From Raillietiella orientalis (taxonomy: Eukaryota), in assembly GCA_036172245.1 (NCBI GenBank), contig JAYWIR010000012.1, positions 4,216,001 to 4,280,000 on the forward strand: 64,000 bases of DNA. The letters are read 5' to 3'. Below are positions 46,201 through 58,469 of the stretch, piece after piece. The stretch's first letter is position 1; each line of letters starts with the position of its first letter. The notes beneath the pieces are model-generated. The model searched no databases. It saw nothing but the letters and a program-made list of their open reading frames with translations, and had not been told where the DNA came from. Position numbers and translations under genes: made by a program.

Positions 46201-49200
46201 AACTCCACGGAGACGGTGGTGTCCGCGTCAGGTTCTCCGGGAGCCTGCCGGAAAGTCACAACACCCACGAGGGGGTACCGAAAGATCGCCTGAGCGACAA
46301 CGACAGTGCCCTCCTTCCCTCGCTCCTGCAGGTTGGCGCAGATCCACGAAGAGTCGTCCACAGCGTCGAACAACACGACGGCCCTGCCGACGACGCTGTG
46401 CTGCCCGAAGAGTGGCAGGTTGGTGTCGTAGCGCAGGCCGTCCGCCGACGGCGCGCCCTCCAGGGAGCTGTGTTTGCCACTCAGGTCACCCACCGCGTAC
46501 TGGTCGTGGGTGCCGTTGCCTCCCGCGAGGTCCGGTCGGCGCCCCGCCTCCGCTCCGAAAGGGTCGTACAGGAGGAAGGGCTCGCCTCCGCAGTCCTTCC
46601 TCCCGTCGAAGGACGTGGGCAGCTGCCGGATTTGCATCCTGCCGGCCAGACCCCGCAGGCCGCGCAAGGTCACCCTCAGCACGGACGGGTCGAACGGGGA
46701 CGCTTGTGTCACCGCGACCTCCCCTTGCACGCCGTCCGCTTGAATGACTGCCGCCGCCGACTTGTTCCGGGAGACCAGGATCTCCGCGCAACCCAGCGCC
46801 CCTTTCTTGGGATCCGCGGGGTCCCGGACCAGCAGGAAGAACCGGCGGCTCGAGTTGAGGACATCCGGGGGAAACGTGAGGTCGGTCACGAGGAAGCCCG
46901 GAGAGGCGCTTCCCAGGGGCACAGGACCGTGCTTCCCGGTCAGGTCCCCTATTTTGCACTCGTTCTGCGATGTCCGGGAGCACAACTCGTCGCTGCGGTC
47001 GTCTGGATCGTAGAGGATTTGCAATGCCTCGCAGTGCTTCCCATCTGGTGGTCACAAAAAAGGAATTGAGGAGAAGGAACAGGAAGAGGAGAAGGAGAAT
47101 CGAAGCAGAGTCGACCCCCCTCCCTCCCACTTATAGCGGCTCACCTCTCTGGAGGACGTCCGTGACGAGGATCTGCCATGGGCCGTACTCGGGCGCCGCC
47201 GCCGCGGAGGAAGGTGATGGATGGCTGCGCAACCTGCCAAGGATGCTGGTGAGGAATGCGTCTCTTCTCCTCTTCCTCCGGGAAGTTTTCACGGTCCGGA
47301 AGAACACATCTCCCCGGATGCCGCCGTGGAAGGTGGCCTTGGCCAGGACCTCCTCCTGATCCACCGCCTGCGAAGTGAGGGGAATGGGGGAAAGGGAGAA
47401 AGTAACATCCGGTCGAGCGGCGACGAGAGGGGGAAGGTAAGAAAGAGAAGGGGTGTGGGGAAGGGGGGCGTACCTGGATAGTGGCGCAGGCCAGCTTCGT
47501 CCCCTTGACCACCACGCTTCTCCGGAAGATGGAGCGCGTACCCAGGAGAGACACGGCTTCCGTCTGAAGATCGCCCCTGGCCGGGACGACGAGGGCTCCC
47601 ACTTCCTGGGTCAGCGCGACGTACGGGCTGCGGGGAGATGAAGAGGGGAAGCCCTCGGAAGGAGCGGCAAGAGGCAAGTGGAGGGAAGAGTGGGGGGGGG
47701 GGGGAGGATGAGACATCGTCACCATCCACGCTTCGTTTCCGTTTCCAGGGGTAAGGGGGACTTCGGAGGGAAAGAAAAAAAGAGCGTCGTGCCCTGTGGG
47801 AGGGTCCCATCCTTTCCTGTTCCTCTTCTCTCACCTTGACCTCGGGAATGGAGGGAAAGAGGGAGCTCGTCCTCTGGGAGGACTTGCCGTAGGCCAAGAG
47901 ATGGAGGATGGGAACCGTTCCAAACGAGGAAGACTTGCCCCTTCGCTCCCTTTGTTTCTATCCCATCCTCCTCCGTCCTGCCGAAGGCGCCGTCGTTGCC
48001 TTTAAGCGTTTCCAGCCACAGAGTCTCTCCGGCTTCCCTCCTCCTTCCCTCCGTCCCCCAACAGGAGGCGACTAGGAGAGGGACCAAATGGAGAACAGCT
48101 GGCTGGAAGCAGGATGGATGATGGGGAAGCCGAACCAGGCCGTTTTCTCCCTTACGTCAGGAGTGGAGGGAAGTCAACCGAAAGAAAACCCTCTCCTTGA
48201 GCACCCTTCCTTCCTCCCCACGAATACCCCCTTCTCTGTTGCCTTTCGCGGGAGAGAGCACAGGGAGGGATGAGGAGAGAGGATCTGCTGCTCCGATAGG
48301 ACACCAAAGCGCGCCGCTCCCTCTTCAAGAGGGGAGTCCCGGCGCTCTGCTCACCTTAGACCCAGGTGCTGCTCGCTGCATGGATTCTTCTTCGTGTAGT
48401 CAACGGAGAGAGGGTAGATGCTCCACTGGTAATCCTCTCCCGCGGAATCCTCGCCCGTGTTCCCGGCAAGCTGTATGTCCACAGCGATCGTGACGGGTTC
48501 GGACGAACTGTTCTGGGAAAAGGATATCTCTCCGGAGAGCCCGTCCATCGAGATGAGCGCCACCATCTTCAGAGCGGAAACGAGATGATCTGGAAATCGA
48601 TACGATAACAGTCAGTGGGGGCGGATTCGGAGATGGAGAAAACGAGTGGGGAGGGACACGGCAACCGATATATCCCCTTTCCCCTCCCCCTCTCCCCCCC
48701 TTTCCTTTCCCATCCACGACTTCCGCGCAACGGGCTGGCACCTCAACCGGAGCGTCACCCGGAAGCCCCAGCATTTGAAAGGGAGCATCTTTGGGAAGGA
48801 AAAATAAAAGGGGGGGGGGAGACCCCTCGATTCGGATGAGAACTTGATACCCTTGGATATTCCGGAACGTTCCGCCGTTCAGGGAGGTCCGCATGCCGCT
48901 GCGGAGCTGAGAGCATTTGCAGAACGTGGCTGCCCAGCTATCACCGCGCTGCGGGAAAGATTCCGTGCACTTCCGGACCCCCGAGAGAACGGCACCGGGA
49001 GCATGCTTTCGCGTTACAAATCTCATAACGAAGTTAGCAGTTTGGTACATATGAAGGGGGAAGAAGAAAGCAAAAAGAAAAAGGAAAATCACCTTTCTGG
49101 AAAAGAAAAAAAGGAAACGCCAGACTTCATTCCCAGCTCCCCGTCCCATCGCAGATGGAACCGCTCTTGAGCAGGCAGCAGAATAGGGCTGCCTTTCTGG

Positions 49201-52200
49201 AACCGTCCTTTTCCGTCGGCTTTCCCGGCTGCCGGAATGCAGCAAGAACGTCGAATCGCACAAAGCAGGAAAACGCAATGAACGACACCGCACTAATGTT
49301 CCAGGGTTTGGCCCAATTTCCGTTTCGTCGTGCTCACTGAGGAATTCGGCCGGTGGTGAATGATGAACACGAATTTGCCTGACTTTAATTGCATGAAATT
49401 GCAGATGGAGCACCCATCGTGCCCTAACAAAGGACGGTTAGCCTAACGTACGAACAATCAACGCGGGTAGCCAACTGCTTTCTTGTTTTCGATTTGCATT
49501 TTCCAAAAAAAAGAAAAATTTGAATAATGGGAAGAGCTGGGAGAGAGAGAGCGAGGAAGAGGAATACATTCTTATGATAATTTGTGTACCACTGTTGCCT
49601 TCCATGTACAGTTTTTAAAAAAAAATTTTTTTTAAAAAAATGGCGTTTCCATCTTGAACTGAGGGTGCGTTTTTTGCTATTAAGACTCTGTGCTGATCCG
49701 CTGCCTTGAATTTTTGTAGCTGGAATTGCATGCTGTTAAGCTTAGTGTCTTCGTTTTCTTTGATGCATATTCCTGCAATATCCCTACTGCTGCTCAAGTT
49801 TTTCGTTTGGACGGAGAGTGTATACTGGACTCATTTTACCAGCGCCCTCCTCCTCCCTCGCATGACCATCGGGAGTCGAATGTACTGAAAATCACCAAGT
49901 TGTTCATTCTGTTAAGACACGGCTTGTTTTCGACAGAGGCCTTTGGCTTTGGAATCGGAAGAAGAAGAAGAAGAAGAAAAAAAGATTTCTGATTGCGTCA
50001 TAACTTTTCATACGGAGAAATCAACACGTCAGAATCAAATCTAGCGTACGACTGATTCGTTGGACCTAAGAGAATACATGCAAATAAACTGTAAATATTA
50101 AAGTACAAGGAAATTAATTTTTCGTGATCTAAACAGGTTTCGTGAACTAGAAGCATTCTAAATCACACAAACTATGAATCAGCATGCCGCACATATTGAA
50201 CTGTTAAGTGTGGTGCGTTGCTCCCGCGAATTCATGAAGTTCGAAGAACACGTGATGTAAAGCTGTGAAGAATCTTGTTTTTCCAGAAAGCTGCAAGAAC
50301 CGCGCGCTAAACGCAAAGACGTAGGGTGTGACTCATTAGAACAGGATAACCTCTGTTGTGGGCTCGAAGTGCGTCTGTAAATTCTGATGATTGCCTGATC
50401 CGTTTAGCTTTGCCCAGACTTCAAGTTAGTTGAAGTTTTTGATGGTGGCCAAATTTTGGCGAGCCCTTTCATGTTTTGAAAGCTTTCCTAGAGCACAACA
50501 CGACTTCTGCGCCGACCAAAGTTTTCCCTCGGAAAAGAAAAAAATGAAGCCAAAACACTAGAAAGTTTTCAGGTCTTCATGCTCTTCGTGAAAGGAGAAG
50601 CACGGAGCAGCCGGCCGTGCGCAAGCACTTGCGTGCATTGGGTATCCTGTGATAAAAATGGAGATCCTCACGCATGAAGCATTCACTGAAATTCGATTGG
50701 GTGGGCAGGCCTAATGCCTGCTTTTCGTGGAGGTTGGTATGCAACTCGTGAAAACTAACAGGAAAACTGGGCATTTCCTTGCTTCCAGCTCCACTTTAAT
50801 TAAGGAATGGAAACAAGTCTATCGATACCGGTGAGAAGGAGTTCCATTATATTAACAAGTGGCTCGGAAATTCAGAGACTAGTTATTGGGGCTGTTGCTT
50901 CTTTAGAGCGCTGTGAAGAAAACCAGCAGACAACACAATAGCGTAAAAATGGCAGCTCCTGACGGAATCAGTAAATGAGAATATCTGCATCTGCGCATGA
51001 TGAGATAATCAAATTAAGGTGATTAATCTGAAAAATGATAATCGCGTGACCAGTGATCACCGGTGAACAAACTTTAGAACGCCATCCGCCTGGATCCCAT
51101 ATGTCTGCATTGAGTAGTTTCTCTTCTGATTGCGTTTCAAGTCATTGGTTACGCGGAGGTAGTAGCCACCTTGCTGGGGGAATCGCCTGCTTGGAATCAG
51201 GCAACCGGCGAAACTGAGACAAAGCGGAAACCAATGTTCGCATCTTCCCGGTGAACAAGAACGAACCGACTAGTCTTCGTACTTGACGTGCACCTTTCTC
51301 GAACAACGCACTCTCTTTCAGTCTGGAAAGTCAACGTACTGATAACCGCAACCATCCGGCGAATATATTCAAATATTCCTAGCAGGTTCCCAAGGCCCAG
51401 AACGGACCGCACAGACACTACGGAATGCCCAAACCGAAAACGCAGGGTTGGTTATCGACTCGAAACGCACGGTTATTACGATTACTTAGGCGCGTTATTA
51501 GATATTAGCATAAATCGCATTTTTTCCTCTGCAACTGCAAGCGGCCGCTGGATTTCTCCCGGGTGCCACTCGGGGCGGATGCGGACGGGGGAAGAAGAAG
51601 AAAAAAAAAAAAAACGCGTGGCAACAATGCGGCGATTTCCGAGAGCGCGGGCGGACGCGCTTCCGCGAAGCGGCGTTCGCATTCCAGAGAGTTTACGCAG
51701 CTTTCCCAGATTCGAAAAGAGAGAGAGAGAGAGCGAGAGGGAGAGAGAGGAGAAGAGAGAAGAAAAAAAAAAAAGAGGAGGAGGGGGGGGGGGAGAAACA
51801 GAAAAAAAAAAACAAAGCGAGAAAAGCTTTTGCGAGAATCATGGGATTAGTTGACCCGAGCAGAAAACCAAAAAAAATTCTACAGGAGAGAGAGGGAGAG
51901 ATCGTAGCGTAAAGTATTACAAATTTCCAAGTAACGGAGCCAATTGAGGTTCCCACTTTCCAAGGTGATGGCGTCATATCACGGAATGTGTTCATTTCGG
52001 CTTCGCGGACCTGACACGCGGCTCGTAATTTAAAGGAGAAAGAAGAAGAAGAGGCAAGCAAGCAACGAAGGCGGCGGCGGCAGTACCGAAACCACAAGGA
52101 GCCTCCCCCGGACAGATGAGGATGCTGATCCCTCCTCCGCGCCGGATCCCAAATGCGCGCGCGGTGGTGGTGGCGGTGCGTCGTCAGGGAGGCGGCGGTT

Positions 52201-52309
52201 CGCATCCTCCTTGCAGATCGCGCGCGAGCTGAGGGCATGAAGCAGAAGAAAATGTGCAACACTTACTGGACAAAGCCGAAACGAGGATGCAGAAGGGGAT
52301 GCAGGTCAT
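40236..52309 (-). CDS. Cu/Zn-SOD-like repeat protein (Rsod/CSRP family), six SOD-fold domains, signal peptide and GPI-like hydrophobic tail, 14 exons, ~1095 aa
   Basis: Exons 52309-52267 (inferred signal exon), 48589-48355, 47627-47474, 47367-47145, 47044-46065, 45998-45772, 42825-42379, 41507-41396, 41343-41257, 41214-41080, 41023-40891, 40850-40703, 40650-40526, 40474-40236; all in phase. Repeated SOD-fold motifs GDLSGKH/GDLTGKHG/GDISGK/GDLSGR, DTNLPLFG.HSVVGRAVV, SIIGRSLV and RMACANI. Confidence 0.92.
51714..51826 (+). repeat. Polypurine (GA/A/G-run) low-complexity tract in intron 1 of the SOD-repeat gene
   Basis: About 110 nt of almost only G and A: (GA)n, A-runs and a G-run. Confidence 0.85.
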
Positions 52310-53399
52310 TTGTGGGTGCCGTTCAGCGGGTTCGCCTCCGCTCTCGAGCCGTTTCCATTGCTGACGACGTGAGATCACACGACTTTTCCGCGCAAAAAGT
52401 GGAACAATTTCTGAAGCGGAGAGGGGGAGGAGGAGGGGGGCGGCGGGCGGGCGACGAGGAGCAGGCGAGTTCCAGGACGTGATTCTATGGAATCATTCTA
52501 GGATGACATTTTTTGTGTGTGTTGTTGTTTCGCCACAAAACCACCTGTCATTACACAAAACGCGGGAGGGGGGGGGGGCAGACAATGGAGCAAAATCGAG
52601 TGAAGTTCTTCCGGCGAGCGCTCTTTTTCCGTCAGCACCCATCCGGAGAGTGGAGGAAGGCAGAGCTGCCAAACAAAGGTCAGATGGCTAGCACGAGAGC
52701 ACAACGCGAGGGCGCTCGCCAGGTACGGCCCTCCGGCGAGCACGGAATGGTACTTTCGTGTGTTTTGCTCCTTCCTTTCAGCGATTCGGCCTTTTTCTTC
52801 CTTCCTCCTCGCTTTCTCTTTTTTCTTTTCTTTTTTTAATTCTGCTTTTGGCCTTCCTCCCCCCTCTCCGCCGCCTGCAGGGGACTCGAATTCCGTCGTG
52901 ACGTGCCGGGAGTTTCGTGTCTCTTATGGGGAGGGCCTTCGGGGGGGGGGGGGAAATGCCGTTATGTGCGCTGGTGACGAAGGACGGAAGTGCGCGCAAG
53001 CGGCTGGCAGCGGGACTGCTTCGACGGGGGCGCGAGCAGGTGGGCGAAGGAGGCGCGCGCAAGTCCTCCTGGCTCGAGGGACTCCCGTGTTCTTCTTCCC
53101 CCTTGTCGGGACGGCCTTCCGCCGGCGGAGTCGAGTGGCAGCGGCGGAGCGATGCGGCACGTTTGCGTGCGGGTCCCTGCCTCCTGGGCCAATCCCGCCC
53201 GTCCGTCCCGGCCGGGTGTGTCCCGACGAACAGAAGGGCGAAGCTGCAGAGACGCAAAGGACGGGATGCTGCCACTGCCGCCGCCGCCCTTGGAGACAGA
53301 CGCAGCTCCTCGCCGCCTCTTCCCCCACCCGCACGGCGAGGTCCCTCTCTTCGCGGCAGACTCAAGGAAGACGCGCTCCCTCGGGGATGGAGAAAGAGG

Positions 53400-54300
53400 A
53401 AGAAAGAGAGGGAAACCGAGAACCTGCAGGACCCCCCGCCCCCTTCCGAGAGTGATGGGAGCCTCGCTCGGCTTCCCGAGCTCTTCCTGCGAACGGATCC
53501 TGGGGTGGACTCCCGCGGGGCGCCCGCGGCAGGGAACTCCGCAGCAGTAGGAATGAAAACCCCCTCACAAGATTCCTCGCCTCTGCAGGCGTCTTCAAGA
53601 GGCTTCACATCAGGACGGAGCGCTCGGGACGGTTCGCTGGCAAGCACGGCAACCGCTTCGGGAGGAGGGGAAAAGGCAGTCTCCTGTAGCGTGTTCCTCT
53701 TCTTCGAGTGGACCCGGAAGTGAAAATATCCCAAGTGCGCCCTGGAAACGGCCTCTGAGGATGTCCTCGTTCTCGCATCCGAATGACTCCTGTCAGGCAC
53801 TGGGATGTGGGCGTCCTGAACACATCGTCCCCACCTTTCCCTCCCCGAGTTGGTATCCTGGAAACGGGAGCGACGCTTGACCTCCTCCGGCAGCGAGGTC
53901 CCCGCGTCCTACCTCGCTCCTCCTCCCGGTGTGCTACCAGCTCGAATGGGACAGGAGATCAGCGTCAATCTGCTGGATCAAGGGGTGAGGTGAACCTCAG
54001 AGGGTCGGTCTGTCCGCTGATGTCTCCGGGGGAGACCCTCCAGTGCCCCGAAAGAGTTCTGGAAGAGCCTCCCCCGCTTATCCAAAAGTCCCCTGCCCTG
54101 TGCCCTTCTTCATCCAAGACGCTCCTGGATGCCGCCGGCGCCTTCGCAGCCGGAGCGTGGAAGAAGCTTACCCTCTCGGGAAGGATCCCCTTCCCGGAGG
54201 AGAGCTCTCTGAGAGGCGCGGGTGCATCCGGCGGCATCAAAGAGCGCGGCCGCTTCTTCCTGGTGCGAGCGTCGATCCCTCTGGAAAGGGTGCGTGCCCC
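53400..54300 (-). mobile_element. Possible decayed non-LTR RT fragment
   Basis: Minus-strand remnants KAPAAS (compare KAPGxDG) and RRRGTRYRRLPFPLLP (compare KKG...NYRPISLLP) occur in the expected order; very degenerate. Confidence 0.3.
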
Positions 54301-55699
54301 CTTCCGGCGGTCGGGGTCCGAGCAGCTCCTCCTCGAACGGGAACAGCGGGGAGGAGCGCTCTCCTTCCGGCGCTTCGGGTACGACGGGAGAGCGGACCCT
54401 CCTCCCCGTTCTTCTCCTTTCCAGGAGGAGGTAACCCCGCCCACGGTCCTCGCGAGGTAGTTTTTTTGGCGGCGGCCTTCCAAAGGGGGGCGTCCCCCAG
54501 GGGAGGAGAGAATGAGAGTCCGCGAGCGCTCGGATGCCCAACGCGTGCGGGGCGAGAGGGCAGGGTGCAGCGAGGAGGGGCCTCGCGGAACTTTCATCCG
54601 GGATGCACTGAAGTTCATGGACGAGGCAGATGGCGCCACCTGCCGCCGCCGCCGCCGCGCTCATCCGCGGCTGCAAGAGAATGCACCTCTTTACCGCTCA
54701 CGCCTGTTCTTTTTTTTTATACATGGCAAAGCGTGCGGAACTGTCGACGATTGGATCCCCAATTCCACTCAGTCGCGTGCTGTGGACCGCTGATGAGCTT
54801 TCGAGCTTCGTGTTCTTGGAACGAATCGGCTTCCCCCCCCTCCCCCCGTTGCGGCGGAGGGAAGGGCATTTCGAGAGATAACAGGGGACGGGGGTCATCG
54901 TGCAGCATTCGAAACATCCCCTTCTGCTGGTTCTTATTTCTTCCTGCCTACCGGTTCCTGGTTCTCCGGATTGGATGGCGCCTGACGCAAGCAAGAAGTG
55001 CCTGTGCGTTTCGTGCGTGCGTGCGTTCTGCAGCCGGCGGCGTTTCGACGGTCTGCGCGACCCCCTCCGCGGGACAATCAGAATGAAATGCAAAGGGCAA
55101 AGAGAGAACACACAAAAAACAAAACAGGGCAGCCGCCGCCTGTGCACGACATCGTTCCGGAACGCGAGCGCGCGCTTCCAGGTCACTGTGTACCAACCAT
55201 GCTGTGTGAGGTCAGGCGCTTCCCACCGGCAGCCTGCACTCGATCCATCGTGTGCAAGTGTCGTTTCTATGCCGACTCCGCTTCCCAGTTGCGCATCTGG
55301 TAAGGAAGCGCGATGTGATCGGATTCCTGCAGCCAGGAAGTAGCGGGTGCGGAGGAATCCCAGCGCTGGCAAGAGGAAACAGCTGACCAGGCTCCGAGGA
55401 AACGGTCGCGCAGGTATCGTTTCTTCCGCTCGCGGGAGAAACAGAGAGGTCCTCCTGCGGGCTGGCCTGCGTGTCCACCGCACACGCCATGCACATCTGC
55501 TGGAGTGTAGTGAGGCTTGTGATCACTCTGCTGCAAATCGCCGACCGGTGCCGACGGATGGACACAAACAAACGGCGCTCGAAAATTCGGACGCAGCGTT
55601 CGCAACGTGTCACAGTGAAAGAGGAGCGCCACTGCTGCGGACAGACGTCTTCCGCAAGGGGAACCACTGGAAAGGATGAACCGGGGAAGTCGCAGGGCG

Positions 55700-56495
55700 T
55701 TCAGTGAAATCTTGCGTCATCCCCTCACTCGCAGAACCCGTGCGTCGCCTTCCAGCAGTCGTTCTGACACCACTCCGGCACTCGGAGGAAGGCCGCGCTC
55801 TCGAGCGGAATCAGGTATTTGGAGATACTGTTGTTGCCATGACTGCCAGTGGTGCTGCGCCATGCTGGAAGGGAGAATTCGACCCGCCGCTGACGATGCG
55901 GAACGCGGACGTTTTGTTTCCGAAAAGTGCTCTCTGACGATGCCCGACTTGGTGGAGCGGATGTTACGGGAAGGACTGGAAGGATCGGTTCGGGATGGTC
56001 CCCGACCACCGCAGTATTGCGAACTCCCTCCTGCCGACCATCCTGACCTCCACTCCGTGCCGCGGAAGACGTCTGCGTCTTCCGAGGAATGCAGCGCTGT
56101 GAGCGCGGCCCGAACGGACGGCAACGGGAAGCACCTCCTTGGATGGCACTGAGGATTTCGCGAGAGACGGCCCCGGGGGCAGCTGCGACGGAAGCGTGCG
56201 GGAAGCCTCACTCGCTGATTTTCCGCTTTACTCCCGCGCGGTGCACGGAGCAGTGGGTTCTGAGGTTGTGGATCGGACTTTTAGCCTCACGTGCACGGAG
56301 GTGCACGGAACGCTGCTTGGCAATCCACAGAGCCGAGTGATTTCACCCTTTCAGCATCGACACCAAGGATGGTGTGATGTGCTGCTCGTCCCCTTTTCTT
56401 CGGGAGGATGTTTTCAGCTGTCGGTTCAGGAGACTGGGAAATTCGTTATGGATTGCCGTCGTCATCTTGAGCGTACAAATCTCATTCGGAATTAA
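55700..56495 (+). mobile_element. Decayed RTE-like LINE reverse transcriptase (thumb and C-terminal region)
   Basis: Ordered remnants AADDA...SE...DLVERM..EGLEGS (compare FADD...SE..LQ.LV...GL.IS), HLLG (YLG), VREASLADFPLYSRAV (RI.KAS.AF..L..RVW) and KFVMDCRRHLERTNLIRN (F.M.CLR.IL....IRN). Confidence 0.55.
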
Positions 56496-57334
56496 ATTCC
56501 ATTAGCATGGAAGTTCTGAGTGTGTGTGTGGGGGGGGGGGAGAGGGAGGGAACGGGAAGAAAAAAAAAAAAAAAGGCAAAGCAAACGGAATTTCATTTGG
56601 TTCACAGGCGTCTGTTTCCCAAAGCATTTGTTTCTGTAGTCCTTTGGCGATCGGTGTTCCTTTTTTTTTTTTTTCTCCTTCCTTCCTCTCCTTCTTGCAA
56701 GAACCATGCATTATCTCTGTTAATCATTCTGCATCGTCGTCGTAGGTATCATTACACCATGCAGAATTTCAGGATCCTGGAAGGTGAGAAGTGAGCTTTG
56801 TCGATTTATTATTCTTTTACCTGACATGTGAGAGCCGAATCCTCGGAACGAACAGCTGATGGCAACGAATCAGCTGTTCACTAATGGATTCTTTTATCGC
56901 CTTGAGGAGGGCATCACGGACCTGCATGCCCCGATAGACGGCACTTGAAACACGCCCGAGCATCTTCCGGAGATAAGGTGTTTTCGAAAGATATCAGACC
57001 AAATTACGTGGACACTTGTGCGAACTGGTATAAGAGTGCCCCCCCCACATCTTCCCTCCTCTCACCCCTCTTCCCTGCACAACGGTCGCACGTAGGAAAC
57101 GCGTGAAGGTACACACACACACACATTGCTTGAAGGTCACTAACCTAAATGATTGCTGCGAGCATAATAACTGTCTCTCTGACCCATTTATCAGTGAAAG
57201 ACCCACTAAGAAAGCCGAGTATGCGGCGGGATCCGTAGTCATGGAGAGATGTGGTGGTGGAACACAGCACTGGTCGTGAGGTGTTTGAGTTCCTGAAGTA
57301 CCGACGTATCTGTGATATTGGACAATGTGTCACC

Positions 57335-58469
57335 ATGTCGGTGTATTGGTTCTCATGGCCGGTATTCGCGGATTTTTTCAAAAAAATTGTGAGCTCCCCA
57401 AGCAAAAGAAGGTCAAGAAATGCCACATGCTTTGAAAACATCATAACATATGTAGTAGAAGATCACATACAGCCCTTTTCAAAGGTGAAGGCTGAAGATA
57501 AAAACTTCAGCGTGCAGCACATTGTAGAATACCATGATATTAATTTCAACATCAAGAAGGGACTCCCAACGACGAGGAAAAATATTAGCTTTATTTTCAA
57601 GTTTCAGTACATTGTTTGGGTGTTTGCACTGCTCATAGTGATTGGGACGATTTTTTGCTACCAGGATAGTGTCAGAAAAATACTCCTTACCTTAGAAAAC
57701 AGAGATCCTCTTGAAACGTTTGTGATATTTCTTGTCCTGTACACCATAGTGTCGTTTCCACTTGCATGGGGTTATATTGTGCTGAATTTGGTGTGTGGTT
57801 ATATATATGGGTTTTTATGTGGTACCCTAATCACATCATTAGCATCCAACATGGGTATTTTCACTTCTCATATCATGATGCAAAAGTGCATGAAGAACTT
57901 TATAACCAAGCATATCATGACCAAAAATTTAAAAGTGCTCACTGAGATTCTGTCAAAGTCAGAGGGTTTTAAAATTGTCATGCTTGCAAGATTATCTCCA
58001 GTGCCCCTTGGCTTGCAAAATGGAATTTTTGCTGTAAGTTAGGGTTTTTTTTTTTCTCTAAAGAAAATATACCAAAATTTCCAGATTAGTGATATATCTA
58101 AACAGGTGTACTTTACAGCAACTTTCATTGGTTTGCTACCCACTCAACTCATTAATTCCTATGTTGGTTCCACTGTTAGATCAGTTGATGAAGTAGTAGT
58201 GCAAACTGGAAAAGTCAAGCATCATTTGATTGTCCTTTTCATTCAGGTTGGGAATATTCGTATTTTGAGTAATCATTGGAATTGTGTGTTTTATATGGAT
58301 GAACTGAAAATGTGCTTAAGTTTTGCTTACTTGATGGCAATTTATTATTTTACAGGTGGCATTCGGTGCAGCCTTATTGCAATTAACGTTGAAAAAAGCT
58401 CGAGTGGAATTGAATGGTATAATTAATGCTAAAAGATATTGCATACCCAGGAGTGTGTTGCAAATATGA
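57335..58469 (+). CDS. TMEM64: Transmembrane protein 64 (DedA/VTT, SNARE-associated Golgi domain family), 3 exons, ~324 aa
   Basis: Exons 57335-58033, 58085-58246, 58356-58469. Motifs VSFPLAWGYIVLNLVCGYIYGF, ARLSPVPLGLQNGIFA, GLLPTQLINSYVGSTVRS and KARVELN match TMEM64. Start assigned to caccATG at 57335. Confidence 0.93.

Noticed and set aside
46065..47069. 334-aa + strand ORF (and the 316-aa ORF at 42345-43295)
   Set aside because: Antisense shadows of GC-rich SOD-repeat exons; no recognisable motifs.
56815..56830. Minus-strand ATG TCA G|gtaaaa as SOD-repeat exon 1
   Set aside because: Phase-compatible but gives no signal peptide; the 52309-52267 exon fits better.
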